Under the pieces are notes generated by a model. That model was not told the origin of the DNA and did not search any database. It worked only from the letters and a program-made list of their open reading frames with translations. A DNA stretch of 26,280 nucleotides from Elusimicrobiota bacterium (GTDB lineage: Bacteria > CG03 > SLGR01 > PWQF01): positions 1-26,280 of the forward strand of contig PWMP01000226.1 of the NCBI GenBank assembly GCA_003558145.1, in the 5' to 3' direction. Numbering within the stretch: the stretch's first letter is position 1; every line of letters starts with the position of its first letter. Positions 16,723 to 25,289 of the stretch are shown piece by piece. A program made the translations under genes and the position numbers.

Positions 16723-18648
16723 TTATCTTTTCCCCGGGAAAAGCGGCGGGACAGGACAACCTATTGCATCACCTGTCACTCTTATAAGTTCGGCCTGGCC
16801 GGCAGTTATGAAGCCGTCTGCCGCAACACAGCTGACAGCTGCATCTATTATTTTTTTCTTCACTCCGGGTGCGGCCCTGTCCAGTTCTTTCAGCGCCCCG
16901 TCAAGCTTTTCAAAGCTGCAATCCCGGAAAGGGATAAAGTCTGCGGCATCGGTAATGTCAAGTTTTTTTCCTGCCTCCAGAAAAGCTGCTTCTTTTTTAC
17001 TGCTGTCATCTATTCCGTAATGGGCAAGAAGTGAAAGAAGCAGGCGGCACTGATAATTCAGCTCTTTCAGCTTGTGGAAATCAACTCTGGGAGGCGCGGG
17101 CGCAGAAAAAGAAGATTCCACATGCCTTAGCACCATAGATTGAACGGTATATTCAAAAAGGGATATTTTCCCGTCAGCTTCAACCATCATACCAATGTTA
17201 TCACGGAAAACAGTGTAAGCGTCCCGTGCAATATTTTTAAGCGCGGATACAGCTATATCAAGAAGAGGAAGCCGGTATTCAACTTCGAGCGCTGCCGCTT
17301 TTGCTGACATTTCCCGAACGTATGCAAAAACTTTTTTTTCAGATTTTTCCCTGAGTATTGATAGCTGTTTTTCTCTTACAGCATCCTCTTTGCTTAAAAG
17401 CAGCGCGTACACTACAGCCTGGGCGCCGCCGGTATTATGCGCCGCTTTAATAAGTTCGGGAGGAATGCCTTTTCTTATTCTTGAGGCATATTCAAGGTGA
17501 AGGGGCTGCACGTTGCCTATTGAAGAAGTTACATCCCCGGGACTGATAGCTAATTTACCGCCCGGGGGCCCGGCAATTCCGGCAACCGTTGAATGCTCAG
17601 CTTTTCCCGCAAGTCCGGATGCGGCGCCGGCAAACGAGGGGTCTAGCCTTTTTATTCTTTCCTGAATGGGGGGATGTGTTGACATCAGCCTTTGCATTGC
17701 TCCGGAAAAATTAGATGAGAAGAACAGATGGCTTGCTTCCGGAGCATGCTTGTTTTCAATTTTTGAGCCTTCCTTTACCCCGGCTATTTTTTTGAGAGCG
17801 CCGGAAATCCCGGAAGGATTCCGGGTAAACTGGACAGAAGACGCGTCCGCCAGGTATTCCCTCTGGCGGGATACTGCGCTTTTAATAAGGTTGCCGAAAA
17901 ATACTCCTATATAGCCTATTGCAGTAAGAGCCAGCCCGAATATAGCTATGGGAACCCTGCCGTCGCCCCTCCCGCTCCGCGACCTGGACCTGGAAGTAAA
18001 CATGGATGAACGCAATATCATATAGCCAATGAAAGCAATAACAAATATACCGTAAAGCACTCCCATAAGTTTTATGTTGAGGCGCATATCGCCGTTTAAA
18101 ATGTGGCTGAACTCATGAGCTATAACTCCCTGAAGCTCGTCCCTTGAAAGGTTTTCAAGGCAGCCCCGCGTCACCCCTATCACAGCATCGCCCTGGGAAA
18201 AGCCCGCCGCAAAAGCGTTTATTCCCTTTTCATTTTCAAGTATATAGGCGCGGGGGACCTGAACGCCCGAAGCAATGGACATCTCCTCTACAATATTAAG
18301 AAACTTGCGTTCCGACGGGTTTTTTGTATCCTGCTCAACAACTCTTCCGCCCAGTAAGTCGGCGACGGATTTCCCTCCCCCGGAAAGTTGCTTGACTTTA
18401 TATATAGAAGCCAGGCCCACTACAAGCAGTGTAATTCCCGCTACAACAACGAAAAGTGCCGGGTCCCATAAAACATAGCCGGTTACTCCGTTTTCAGACT
18501 GACCGTAATACACAAAAATCGCAGTAAAAACAGCATAAACAGATACTGTGATAAGTATCAGCGCCAGAAAATAATAAAAAACCAGAAGAGACGTCCTGCG
18601 CCTGGCGTAATCCTGGCTTTCAAAAAAATCCATTACCCCGGCAGTCAT
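16723..18648 (-). CDS. M48 family Zn metallopeptidase (HtpX-like) with a long C-terminal extension
   Basis: INAFAAG, HEFSH zinc motif, SRQREYLADA, THPPIQERI, several hydrophobic segments. The start may instead be the ATG at 18633 (MDFFESQD). Confidence 0.9.
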   Translation of the reverse strand: MTAGVMDFFESQDYARRRTSLLVFYYFLALILITVSVYAVFTAIFVYYGQSENGVTGYVLWDPALFVVVAGITLLVVGLASIYKVKQLSGGGKSVADLLGGRVVEQDTKNPSERKFLNIVEEMSIASGVQVPRAYILENEKGINAFAAGFSQGDAVIGVTRGCLENLSRDELQGVIAHEFSHILNGDMRLNIKLMGVLYGIFVIAFIGYMILRSSMFTSRSRSRSGRGDGRVPIAIFGLALTAIGYIGVFFGNLIKSAVSRQREYLADASSVQFTRNPSGISGALKKIAGVKEGSKIENKHAPEASHLFFSSNFSGAMQRLMSTHPPIQERIKRLDPSFAGAASGLAGKAEHSTVAGIAGPPGGKLAISPGDVTSSIGNVQPLHLEYASRIRKGIPPELIKAAHNTGGAQAVVYALLLSKEDAVREKQLSILREKSEKKVFAYVREMSAKAAALEVEYRLPLLDIAVSALKNIARDAYTVFRDNIGMMVEADGKISLFEYTVQSMVLRHVESSFSAPAPPRVDFHKLKELNYQCRLLLSLLAHYGIDDSSKKEAAFLEAGKKLDITDAADFIPFRDCSFEKLDGALKELDRAAPGVKKKIIDAAVSCVAADGFITAGQAELIRVTGDAIGCPVPPLFPGKR

Positions 18649-18675
18649 TTTATTTTTTTAAAAAAGCATCCTCTG

Positions 18676-19266
18676 TTAAAAGGAAACACTTGGCGCTTCT
18701 CTCTCTTTTTTGTCCTCAATGTTGAAAAGAACCGCCTCTTTGAAACCCATGGGGCCCGCAAGAATTACGTTAGGGAAAACTTCACGTTTATTGTTGTAGT
18801 TCATAACCGCGTCATTATAAGCCTGCCGGGCAAACGACACCTTGTTTTCTGTGGAAGAAAGTTCTTCGCTCAGCTGCATCATATTCTGGTTCGCTTTCAG
18901 GTCCGGGTATCTCTCTACCGTAACAAGAAGCCTTCCCAGTGCGCCACCCAGCTGTGATTCCTTGCTGACAAGATCCTGCATGGCACCCGGATCTTCCGGA
19001 TGACCCGACGCCTTCTCTTCAGCTGCAACTGCCATTTTTCGCGCATTAACAACGGCCTCCAGGGTTTCCCTTTCGTGCTTAAGATAGCCTTTCGCAGTTT
19101 TCACCAGGTTTGGTATAAGGTCGTAGCGTCTTTTCAGCTGGACATCAATCTGGGCAAAGGCGTTTTTAAACCTGTTCCTAAATTTTACAAGATTGTTGTA
19201 AACACTGACTGCTGCCAGAACAGCTATTATAAAAATAGCCAGCAAAATAATTGTTGATGTACCCAT
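18676..19266 (-). CDS. lemA: LemA family protein
   Basis: N-terminal TM helix, YNNLV, IDVQLKRRYDLIPNLV, ERYPDLKANQN, ENKVSFARQAYND; AAGGAG RBS. Confidence 0.95.
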   Translation of the reverse strand: MGTSTIILLAIFIIAVLAAVSVYNNLVKFRNRFKNAFAQIDVQLKRRYDLIPNLVKTAKGYLKHERETLEAVVNARKMAVAAEEKASGHPEDPGAMQDLVSKESQLGGALGRLLVTVERYPDLKANQNMMQLSEELSSTENKVSFARQAYNDAVMNYNNKREVFPNVILAGPMGFKEAVLFNIEDKKEREAPSVSF

Positions 19267-19304
19267 AAATTCTCCTTTTAGTTTTAACTCACACCCTCAT
19301 TCCT

Positions 19305-20000
19305 TCACCTGTCCAGTTCGGCAGTTAATATTACGGCTTCTGCTACCTCGGCCATAGTTTTTCTTGAATCCATTGATTTTTTTCGTATCCGCTCATAGGC
19401 CTCGTTTTCTTTTATTCCAAGCTGCTGCATAAGCAGCCCTTTTGCCTTTTCAATCTTTTTTCTGTTTTCAATTTCCTTCCTGGCCTTCAGGACTTCGTTG
19501 CGCAAACGCGTGTTTTCTATTGCAACAGCCGCCTGGTTGGCTACCGCCTGAAGCATATTTATCTCCGAAGCACTAAACTCATGCTCGCTTTCGGTATAAC
19601 TGTTAACAACTCCAATTATATCACCCTTAACTGTCATAGGAACGGCAAGCATTGAGACAATTCCTTCTTTTTCGGCTATCTGAGGATACATATACGAAGA
19701 GTCTTTTCTGACATCCCTGACGGTTATCGGTTTTTTACCGGTAACTGCCTTGCCGCTTACAGATTGGCCGACCTTTATGGGCGCTTTGCTGCGGTACTGT
19801 GTACTGAGGCTCTGGGTCGCGGCTATAAATAGTTCATCTTTTTTTTCGTCAAGAAGCATTATGGAGCAGACTTTTGAACCCATCAGCTGAGCTGTCATTG
19901 CTACTATAAGATTAAGTATTTCCTCAATGTATTTGTCCGAAACAATCGCTTCGGAAATAAGTGAAAAATAGTTTAACTGTTTTTCTTTCATCAGGTGCAT
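19305..20000 (-). CDS. GAF + ANTAR domain RNA-binding regulator
   Basis: GAF segment CSIMLLD...GKAV...DVRKD...SMLAVPM...IGVVN...ANQAAVAIEN, a coiled coil, then ANTAR RKKIEKAKGLLM...EAYERIRKKSMDSRKTMAEVAEAVI. Confidence 0.92.
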   Translation of the reverse strand: MHLMKEKQLNYFSLISEAIVSDKYIEEILNLIVAMTAQLMGSKVCSIMLLDEKKDELFIAATQSLSTQYRSKAPIKVGQSVSGKAVTGKKPITVRDVRKDSSYMYPQIAEKEGIVSMLAVPMTVKGDIIGVVNSYTESEHEFSASEINMLQAVANQAAVAIENTRLRNEVLKARKEIENRKKIEKAKGLLMQQLGIKENEAYERIRKKSMDSRKTMAEVAEAVILTAELDR

Positions 20001-20036
20001 TTCGCCTTTATTTATATTTCTTTAATTCTTATTTAT

Positions 20037-20065
20037 CTTATACGCAAAATACTTGTACATGTCAA
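20037..20065 (-). promoter_or_regulatory. sigma70-type promoter for GAF-ANTAR/lemA/M48
   Basis: TTGACA (20065-20060), 17 nt spacer, TATAAG (20042-20037). Confidence 0.7.
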
Positions 20066-20286
20066 TCTTTTTAAATCAATATTTTTTGAGGTTCCAATCG
20101 CTTTTTTTCACTGCCCAGGTCCAAATAAAAACTTAAAAAGAAAAGCTGGCTCCCCGAGTTAAAAGGTGTTGATAGCAAGTTCTTACATAAACCTGGGATT
20201 AACCCAAAATATATTCATTACATTCTACTTTTTTCTTATGAGTTTGTTAATTATAGGACATTATCTAATAACTAGCTTGCTCTCTG

Positions 20287-20385
20287 TTATTTCTCAACAT
20301 CACAAATTAATTTTTTTATTTCATATGTTCTATTACAAAAGTTCTCTTTTTATTCTTCTTTTCCACAAGCAAAGGGATTTTTCAT
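20287..20385 (-). pseudogene. Decayed N-terminus of an AAA/archaeal-ATPase family gene
   Basis: Translates MKNPFACGKEE*KENFCNRTYEIKKLICDVEK*, which matches the NPFxxG..V.GExFxxRxxEI start I recall for that family. It has in-frame stops and no Walker A follows. Not in the ORF track. Confidence 0.6.
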
Positions 20386-20396
20386 AATTAACATCC

Positions 20397-20429
20397 ATTA
20401 CGCATATTGCGTTACTCACTATGCGTAAT
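20397..20429. repeat. Perfect 10 bp inverted repeat with a 13 nt spacer
   Basis: ATTACGCATA (20397-20406) and TATGCGTAAT (20420-20429). Confidence 0.85.
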
Positions 20430-20463
20430 ATATTTAACTTTATTGTTTTGTCGATATAAATTT

Positions 20464-21228
20464 TCACAAACTGTCCCTTCCAAAAAAACATACTCTTTCA
20501 AGATTTAAAAGAGCGCATACTCCCGCAGACGTTACACCGTATATTATATAATCTTTTTTGTACCTTTTTACCAGGTCAAATATGTCATCAAAGGTTCCGT
20601 TGACCAGCGTGGTTCCGGTAAGAAGAACAAGGTCCGACTCCTTTACAAGTTTTTCCGTATACCTTGTCCCGTCCATGACTTTCACCCCGTATTTTGCGCG
20701 CCCTATGTTTTCCCTGTCCAGGTCCGTCAATTTCACGTTTTCGGCCCCGAACACTTGTGAGAGTTCTTCTAAAATAGCAGGATTAAACCCTATGAGGCCC
20801 ACCTTTACTTTTCCATATTTCTTCCGTATATGAACGGAAATTTCTTCAGCGCATTTCTGGGGCTCCTCATCCCGGCAGTGGAGGGCTTTTTCAATCTTTC
20901 CCGCCTTTTTGAGTATGGCGTTCATTGCGGCAATGAATACTGCCCGGTTTCTGCTGCTTTCAAGAGGCAGATTCATTGCTTCCTCAACGCTGCCGGTAAA
21001 ATCAAGGGGGGATTCGGTAAAAACATGAGCTTTTACTCCGGCAAGCTCCGCTTCTATGACTTTTTCCTTGCCTTTTACAATTGGATAATCACTTCTTGAA
21101 GGTTTACCTATGGCCTCCTCGCTTTTGAGGGTCCTGAAAAAGACTTCTATTTTTTTATTCTCCAGGTTATTTTCCTCTATTATTTTTTTAATTTTTTTTC
21201 TTGCTTTTTTTAAAATTTTATCTCCCAT
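20464..21228 (-). CDS. DUF364 family (Rossmann-like, putative metal-chelation) protein
   Basis: EAIGKPSRSDYPIVKGKE, RAVFIAAMNA, HCRDEEPQKCA, LLTGTTLVNGT, YGVTSAG. Confidence 0.8.
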   Translation of the reverse strand: MGDKILKKARKKIKKIIEENNLENKKIEVFFRTLKSEEAIGKPSRSDYPIVKGKEKVIEAELAGVKAHVFTESPLDFTGSVEEAMNLPLESSRNRAVFIAAMNAILKKAGKIEKALHCRDEEPQKCAEEISVHIRKKYGKVKVGLIGFNPAILEELSQVFGAENVKLTDLDRENIGRAKYGVKVMDGTRYTEKLVKESDLVLLTGTTLVNGTFDDIFDLVKRYKKDYIIYGVTSAGVCALLNLERVCFFGRDSL

Positions 21229-21237
21229 CCAAGCCTC

Positions 21238-22008
21238 CTAAAAAACACCAACGTACTTCAACGCTATTATAAAAAATACTGCTCCGAAAAGAAGCTTCAA
21301 AATCGCCGGCGGGGATTTTCTGTTTATTGCAGCCCCCAGAGCCGCCCCGGTGAGGGTGCCCAGGGAAAGAAGCAGGGCTAATTTAACTTCCGCAAAGCCC
21401 TGGGATATTTTAAAGAGAGAACTTACTAAGGCGTTTGCCGCAAAGCAGACAAGCGAGGAGCCTATGGCCGCCTTTACCGGCGCATTGAGAAGAAATCTGA
21501 AAGCGGGCACAAGAATAGCCCCCGTACCTATACCCAGCAGGCCCGGCAGAGCTCCGGCAAAGGCTCCTATTGTTATCTTTATTCCGCCCGCTCCGCCTAA
21601 TTCCCTCCGGCCGGCGGGGGGCCTTTTCTTAATAAAATCCGCTGCTCCTTCTGCTGCCATCCTCATAGATACCAGGAAAAATACGAGCCCTATTCCTGCA
21701 TCCAGCAGAGAGGGCCTTCTGGCGGCTTGAGGGAAAAAAGTTGAAAAAATAACCGTAAAGACGGCCCCGGAGAGTATAACCGGCATAATAGGCTTAAGTT
21801 TTATATTGCCGTCTCTGTAATGCCTCAGGCTTCCACCCAGGGTGGTAAAAAAGACCGCAATTATGCAGGTTCCCGCAGCCATGGCCGGAGAAAGACCGAA
21901 ATAAAAGCGAAGAAGAGGCATAAGTATTATTCCTCCCCCTATTCCAAGCAGACCTCCCAGGATTCCCGCCGCTCCCCCGGCAGCCAATATTATAGATATG
22001 TTCAACAT
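21238..22008 (-). CDS. TauE/SafE (sulfite exporter-like) membrane protein
   Basis: Two repeats of G.LGGLLGIGGG...P and GLLGIGTG...P, about 8 hydrophobic helices. Confidence 0.88.
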   Translation of the reverse strand: MLNISIILAAGGAAGILGGLLGIGGGIILMPLLRFYFGLSPAMAAGTCIIAVFFTTLGGSLRHYRDGNIKLKPIMPVILSGAVFTVIFSTFFPQAARRPSLLDAGIGLVFFLVSMRMAAEGAADFIKKRPPAGRRELGGAGGIKITIGAFAGALPGLLGIGTGAILVPAFRFLLNAPVKAAIGSSLVCFAANALVSSLFKISQGFAEVKLALLLSLGTLTGAALGAAINRKSPPAILKLLFGAVFFIIALKYVGVF

Positions 22009-22038
22009 AAAATAATACCTATAAGAGTTAAAGAGAAT

Positions 22039-22905
22039 TTATATGTCAAGTACATTTTTTATTTTATACACTGCATTTTTAATCTGCATTGACTCATCAC
22101 ATCCGGAGTCGTATTCAATTATTGTTTTTCCCTGTTTAAGTGCCCGGTTAAATTTATCTGAAAAAGGAATTTTTGCCAGAAGTTCAATTTTTTCCGTTTC
22201 AAGGTATTTTATTATTTTCTTTCTGTTTTCCGGATTCAGATCATATTTGTTAATCAGAACCTTAACCGGCACGCCGAAATAAGCGGCGGTATCAATAACC
22301 CTTTTCATATCATGTATACCGCTTTTTGTGGGCTCACATACTACCAGGGCAAAATCAACCCCGCTCAGAGAGGCTATTACCGGGCAGCCTATGCCCGGGG
22401 GTCCGTCAATCAAAATTATTCCGGAACCTGACCCGACAGCTACTGCTTCGGCCTTCTTTTTTACTTCCGTCACAAGCTTGCCGGAATTCTCCTCTCCCGG
22501 CTCCAGCAGGGCGTGCACCATTCTCCCGTTTTTAATGCGGGATATATAGCTTTCACCCGATTCTTTCCTTAACATTGTAACGGCATTCTCCGGACAGTTC
22601 CAGTAGCACACCCCGCAGCCCTGGCACAAGAATCTGTCAACTGTAAAATTTTTTTCCACTGCCCCGAAAGAACAAACCTGCCGGCATCGACCGCAGCCAC
22701 AGCACTTATCATTGTCAATGACGGCCAGTTTACCTCCCCTAAATATCTCTTTTTCCTCTATTTTGGGTTTTAGCAGGATATGTAAATCCGGCGCGTCAAC
22801 ATCACAGTCAGCAACTGTTATATTTTTAAATAAAACAGAAAGAGCCCCGGTAATGGAGGTTTTACCGGTACCGCCTTTGCCGCTTATTAAAACAAGACTC
22901 TTCAT
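22039..22905 (-). CDS. MinD-superfamily P-loop ATPase with an inserted 2x[4Fe-4S] ferredoxin domain (COG1149-type)
   Basis: SGKGGTGKT, DCDVDAPD, CCGCGRC...C and CQGCGVC...CP, GEENSGKLV, DGPPGIGCPV, EPT. Confidence 0.9.
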   Translation of the reverse strand: MKSLVLISGKGGTGKTSITGALSVLFKNITVADCDVDAPDLHILLKPKIEEKEIFRGGKLAVIDNDKCCGCGRCRQVCSFGAVEKNFTVDRFLCQGCGVCYWNCPENAVTMLRKESGESYISRIKNGRMVHALLEPGEENSGKLVTEVKKKAEAVAVGSGSGIILIDGPPGIGCPVIASLSGVDFALVVCEPTKSGIHDMKRVIDTAAYFGVPVKVLINKYDLNPENRKKIIKYLETEKIELLAKIPFSDKFNRALKQGKTIIEYDSGCDESMQIKNAVYKIKNVLDI

Positions 22906-23738
22906 ATACGAAGCATCTCTTTAATTATTTTATCTGCCAGGCCCGGAAAAAAGTTTTCTTTTATTACCCCTTTTGAGTAATAACAGGAAAACTTCCTTGA
23001 ATAAGGAATTCGGAAGAGAATATTAATTTTTTTCTGGCGGGCAAAGTTATCTATTATTTTGTCCTCTCCCCCGGAACGGTTTATAACAATCCCGCAGGGA
23101 ACACCAAGTTTTTTTACCACCTTGGCAGCTATTTTCAGATCGTAAATTCCGAAAGGAGTCGGCTCGGCTACAAGAACAGCATAATTACATCCGGCTACGG
23201 TTTCGGCCATCGGGCAGCTGGCTCCGGGAGGAGAATCGAATATTGCATAGTCTGCCCCGCTCTTTAAATTCTTCTTCAACTTTTCTATGAGGGGGGTAGC
23301 CCTTGCTTCCCCCACATTCATAAGGGCATAGTCCAGATGCAGATTTTTCTCCACTTTAGAGTTGAATAATTTACCTACGGGCCTGCTTCCCTCGCTTATA
23401 GCCCCCTGGGGACATACCAGCTTACATCCCCTGCAGGAATGGCAGAGTTCACCAAAAAACATAAGTCTGTCCTTCATAACAAAAAGACAGTTAAACTCGC
23501 ATACCTGCTGGCACCTGCCGCAGCAGTTGCATTTTTCAGTGTCTACTTCAGGATAAAATACACAAACTTCTTCTTTTTCGGTTGGCGCATCGCTGAAAAA
23601 AATATGACAATCGGGGTTTTCCACGTCACAGTCAAGAAGTCTAACCTTAAACTTCTTTGAAAGAAGACGGGATAGCATTACCGCAACCGTAGTTTTGCCC
23701 GTACCCCCTTTTCCGGATGCAATTGCTATTTTTTTCAA
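22902..23738 (-). CDS. MinD-superfamily P-loop ATPase with a 2x[4Fe-4S] domain (COG1149-type), partner paralog
   Basis: ASGKGGTGKTT, DCDVENPD, CNCCGRC...C and CHSCRGC...CP, DSPPGASCP, EPTPFG. Confidence 0.9.
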   Translation of the reverse strand: MKKIAIASGKGGTGKTTVAVMLSRLLSKKFKVRLLDCDVENPDCHIFFSDAPTEKEEVCVFYPEVDTEKCNCCGRCQQVCEFNCLFVMKDRLMFFGELCHSCRGCKLVCPQGAISEGSRPVGKLFNSKVEKNLHLDYALMNVGEARATPLIEKLKKNLKSGADYAIFDSPPGASCPMAETVAGCNYAVLVAEPTPFGIYDLKIAAKVVKKLGVPCGIVINRSGGEDKIIDNFARQKKINILFRIPYSRKFSCYYSKGVIKENFFPGLADKIIKEMLRI

Positions 23739-24064
23739 TCTTCAGTTTTTTTGTTCTTGAGGTAACCCTCCACGGCTTCTCTAACCGTATCGGAAGAAAC
23801 AGTAACGGCTTCTATGCCGTAGCCGGCCAGGGCGCTCATTGCATTGGGGCCCACCTGCCCTGTAAGAACTATTTTGCTCCCTTTTTCATTTATTACTCTG
23901 GCTGCTGCCGGTCCCGCGCCGCCGGTCATTGAAGAGGCGGGGTTATAAACCGGTTCAAACTTCATTGTTTCACTGTCAACGATTAGAAAATAAGGGCACC
24001 TTCCGAAATTCTTAGCCACCTGGGCATTTAAAGACCCTCCCTGGGATGAAACTGCTATTTTCAT
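23735..24064 (-). CDS. NifB/NifX-family (FeMo-cofactor-binding-like) small protein
   Basis: MKIAVSS, NFGRCPYF, GAGPAAA, LTGQVGPNA. Confidence 0.88.
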   Translation of the reverse strand: MKIAVSSQGGSLNAQVAKNFGRCPYFLIVDSETMKFEPVYNPASSMTGGAGPAAARVINEKGSKIVLTGQVGPNAMSALAGYGIEAVTVSSDTVREAVEGYLKNKKTED

Positions 24065-24073
24065 TTTTCCTCC

Positions 24074-24421
24074 TCAATGGTCGCAGCTGCCGCTGCTGTC
24101 ACAAGTACTGGGTCCCGTCTCCAGTCGATCTTCAAGATATTCGTTCACGGCCTTTCTGACCGGCCCGGTGACTCCCAGTATAAGTTCTATACCCATCTGA
24201 CCGAAAAGCTGCCGGGCCATTGCTCCCGCGCCGCCGGCAATAACAACATCAGCTCCTTTTTCTTTCAGCCATTTGGGCAGCATGCCCGGCTGGTGAGGCG
24301 GAGAGCTTTCAAATCGCTCCGAGGTCATTTTTCCTCCCTCAACCTCATAAATGGTATATCCCTGGCATCTTCCAAAATGCATGGAAACTTTATTTCCTTC
24401 AGTTGCAACTGCAATTCTCAT
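24074..24421 (-). CDS. NifB/NifX-family small protein
   Basis: MRIAVAT, HFGRC, PPHQPG, VIAGGAG, C-terminal TCDSSGSCDH. Confidence 0.88.
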   Translation of the reverse strand: MRIAVATEGNKVSMHFGRCQGYTIYEVEGGKMTSERFESSPPHQPGMLPKWLKEKGADVVIAGGAGAMARQLFGQMGIELILGVTGPVRKAVNEYLEDRLETGPSTCDSSGSCDH

Positions 24422-24435
24422 AAATAACTCCTCCT

Positions 24436-25155
24436 TTAATTAAACTCCACTTCTCTTCCCGCACCTGTTTTTATAAACCCCCCTCCGCACTTTCTTTTAA
24501 ATACTTCTGTCTGTTTTTCTCCCGTGCAGTGACAGGGAGCAAAAAACCTTACTCCCTCTTCTTTAAGCCTTGATGTTAATTTTTCAACCTCTTCTACACC
24601 TGAGTCCTTAAGGTGAAACCCTCCCATGACCATATCAATATTCCTGCCGGCAATCTTTTTTGCCTCTTTAAGCATAAAGAGTATTCCCGGATGGGCGCAG
24701 CCGGTTACAAGCGCAGCGGTATCCCGGGCTTTAATTATAAGGCCCTCCTCCGCAGGCCCCTCTCCTTTTTTGTACAGGGGAGTCAGGGAACAGTTTTCCA
24801 TCACCCGGCCTCCGTTCTTAGCTATAGGTTTAATTTCATGATTGAAACTCTCGGCCGGTTTTTTGAATTTTTTCTCAAAAAGTGGAGGCAAATAAAGTTT
24901 TGCGGTTCTGTTGGCCATGAGTAATCCTCCGGTGCCGTCGGTGTGGTCCCAATGCAGGTGGGAAAAGGCAATAGCTTTTATCTCATTTATCCCCCCGGAA
25001 AACTTTTCCATATTGAATATTAGTTTTCCGGCATCTGCCCCTGTATCAAAAAGCATTTTCTCTCCCAGCCCGTTTTCGATAAGAGCCGAAAAACCCCATC
25101 CGGTTTTAAAACCTTTTGAGTATCTAAAATTGTCGTAAACAACGGTAATTTTCAT
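24436..25155 (-). CDS. MBL-fold metallo-hydrolase (COG1237-type)
   Basis: MKITVVYDN, GWGFSALIE, LFDTG, SHLHWDHTDG, TGCAHPG, GGFHL, PCHCTG. The ATG at 25155 is preferred over the TTG at 25164. Confidence 0.9.
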   Translation of the reverse strand: MKITVVYDNFRYSKGFKTGWGFSALIENGLGEKMLFDTGADAGKLIFNMEKFSGGINEIKAIAFSHLHWDHTDGTGGLLMANRTAKLYLPPLFEKKFKKPAESFNHEIKPIAKNGGRVMENCSLTPLYKKGEGPAEEGLIIKARDTAALVTGCAHPGILFMLKEAKKIAGRNIDMVMGGFHLKDSGVEEVEKLTSRLKEEGVRFFAPCHCTGEKQTEVFKRKCGGGFIKTGAGREVEFN

Positions 25156-25289
25156 TCGGAGCAACTACCTCTTTTAATCATCACCCGGTCCAAAACCTCT
25201 TTATGTAAAACCGGATCTTCGGAAGACATCCTGGCGCATTCAAGAGCCTGACTCAGAAAACAGCTGTAACAGTCAAAATAATTCTTCAC
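25152..25289 (-). pseudogene. 45-codon truncated N-terminus of a DUF89/ARMT1-like damage-control phosphatase
   Basis: MKNYFDCYSCFLSQALECARMSSEDPVLHKEVLDRVMIKRGSCSE* resembles the MKxxxDCxxCxxxQALxxAR start of DUF89. It has a GTGA overlap with the upstream gene and an ATGA overlap with the downstream gene. Not in the ORF track. Confidence 0.7.

Noticed and set aside
16660-17034. 124 aa plus-strand ORF diverging from the gltB promoter
   Set aside because: It is mostly antisense to the M48 gene's 3' end and has no SD or motif.
20166-20387. 73 aa hydrophobic plus-strand ORF
   Set aside because: It is an AT-rich artefact antisense to the ATPase remnant, with no RBS or family signature that I can see.
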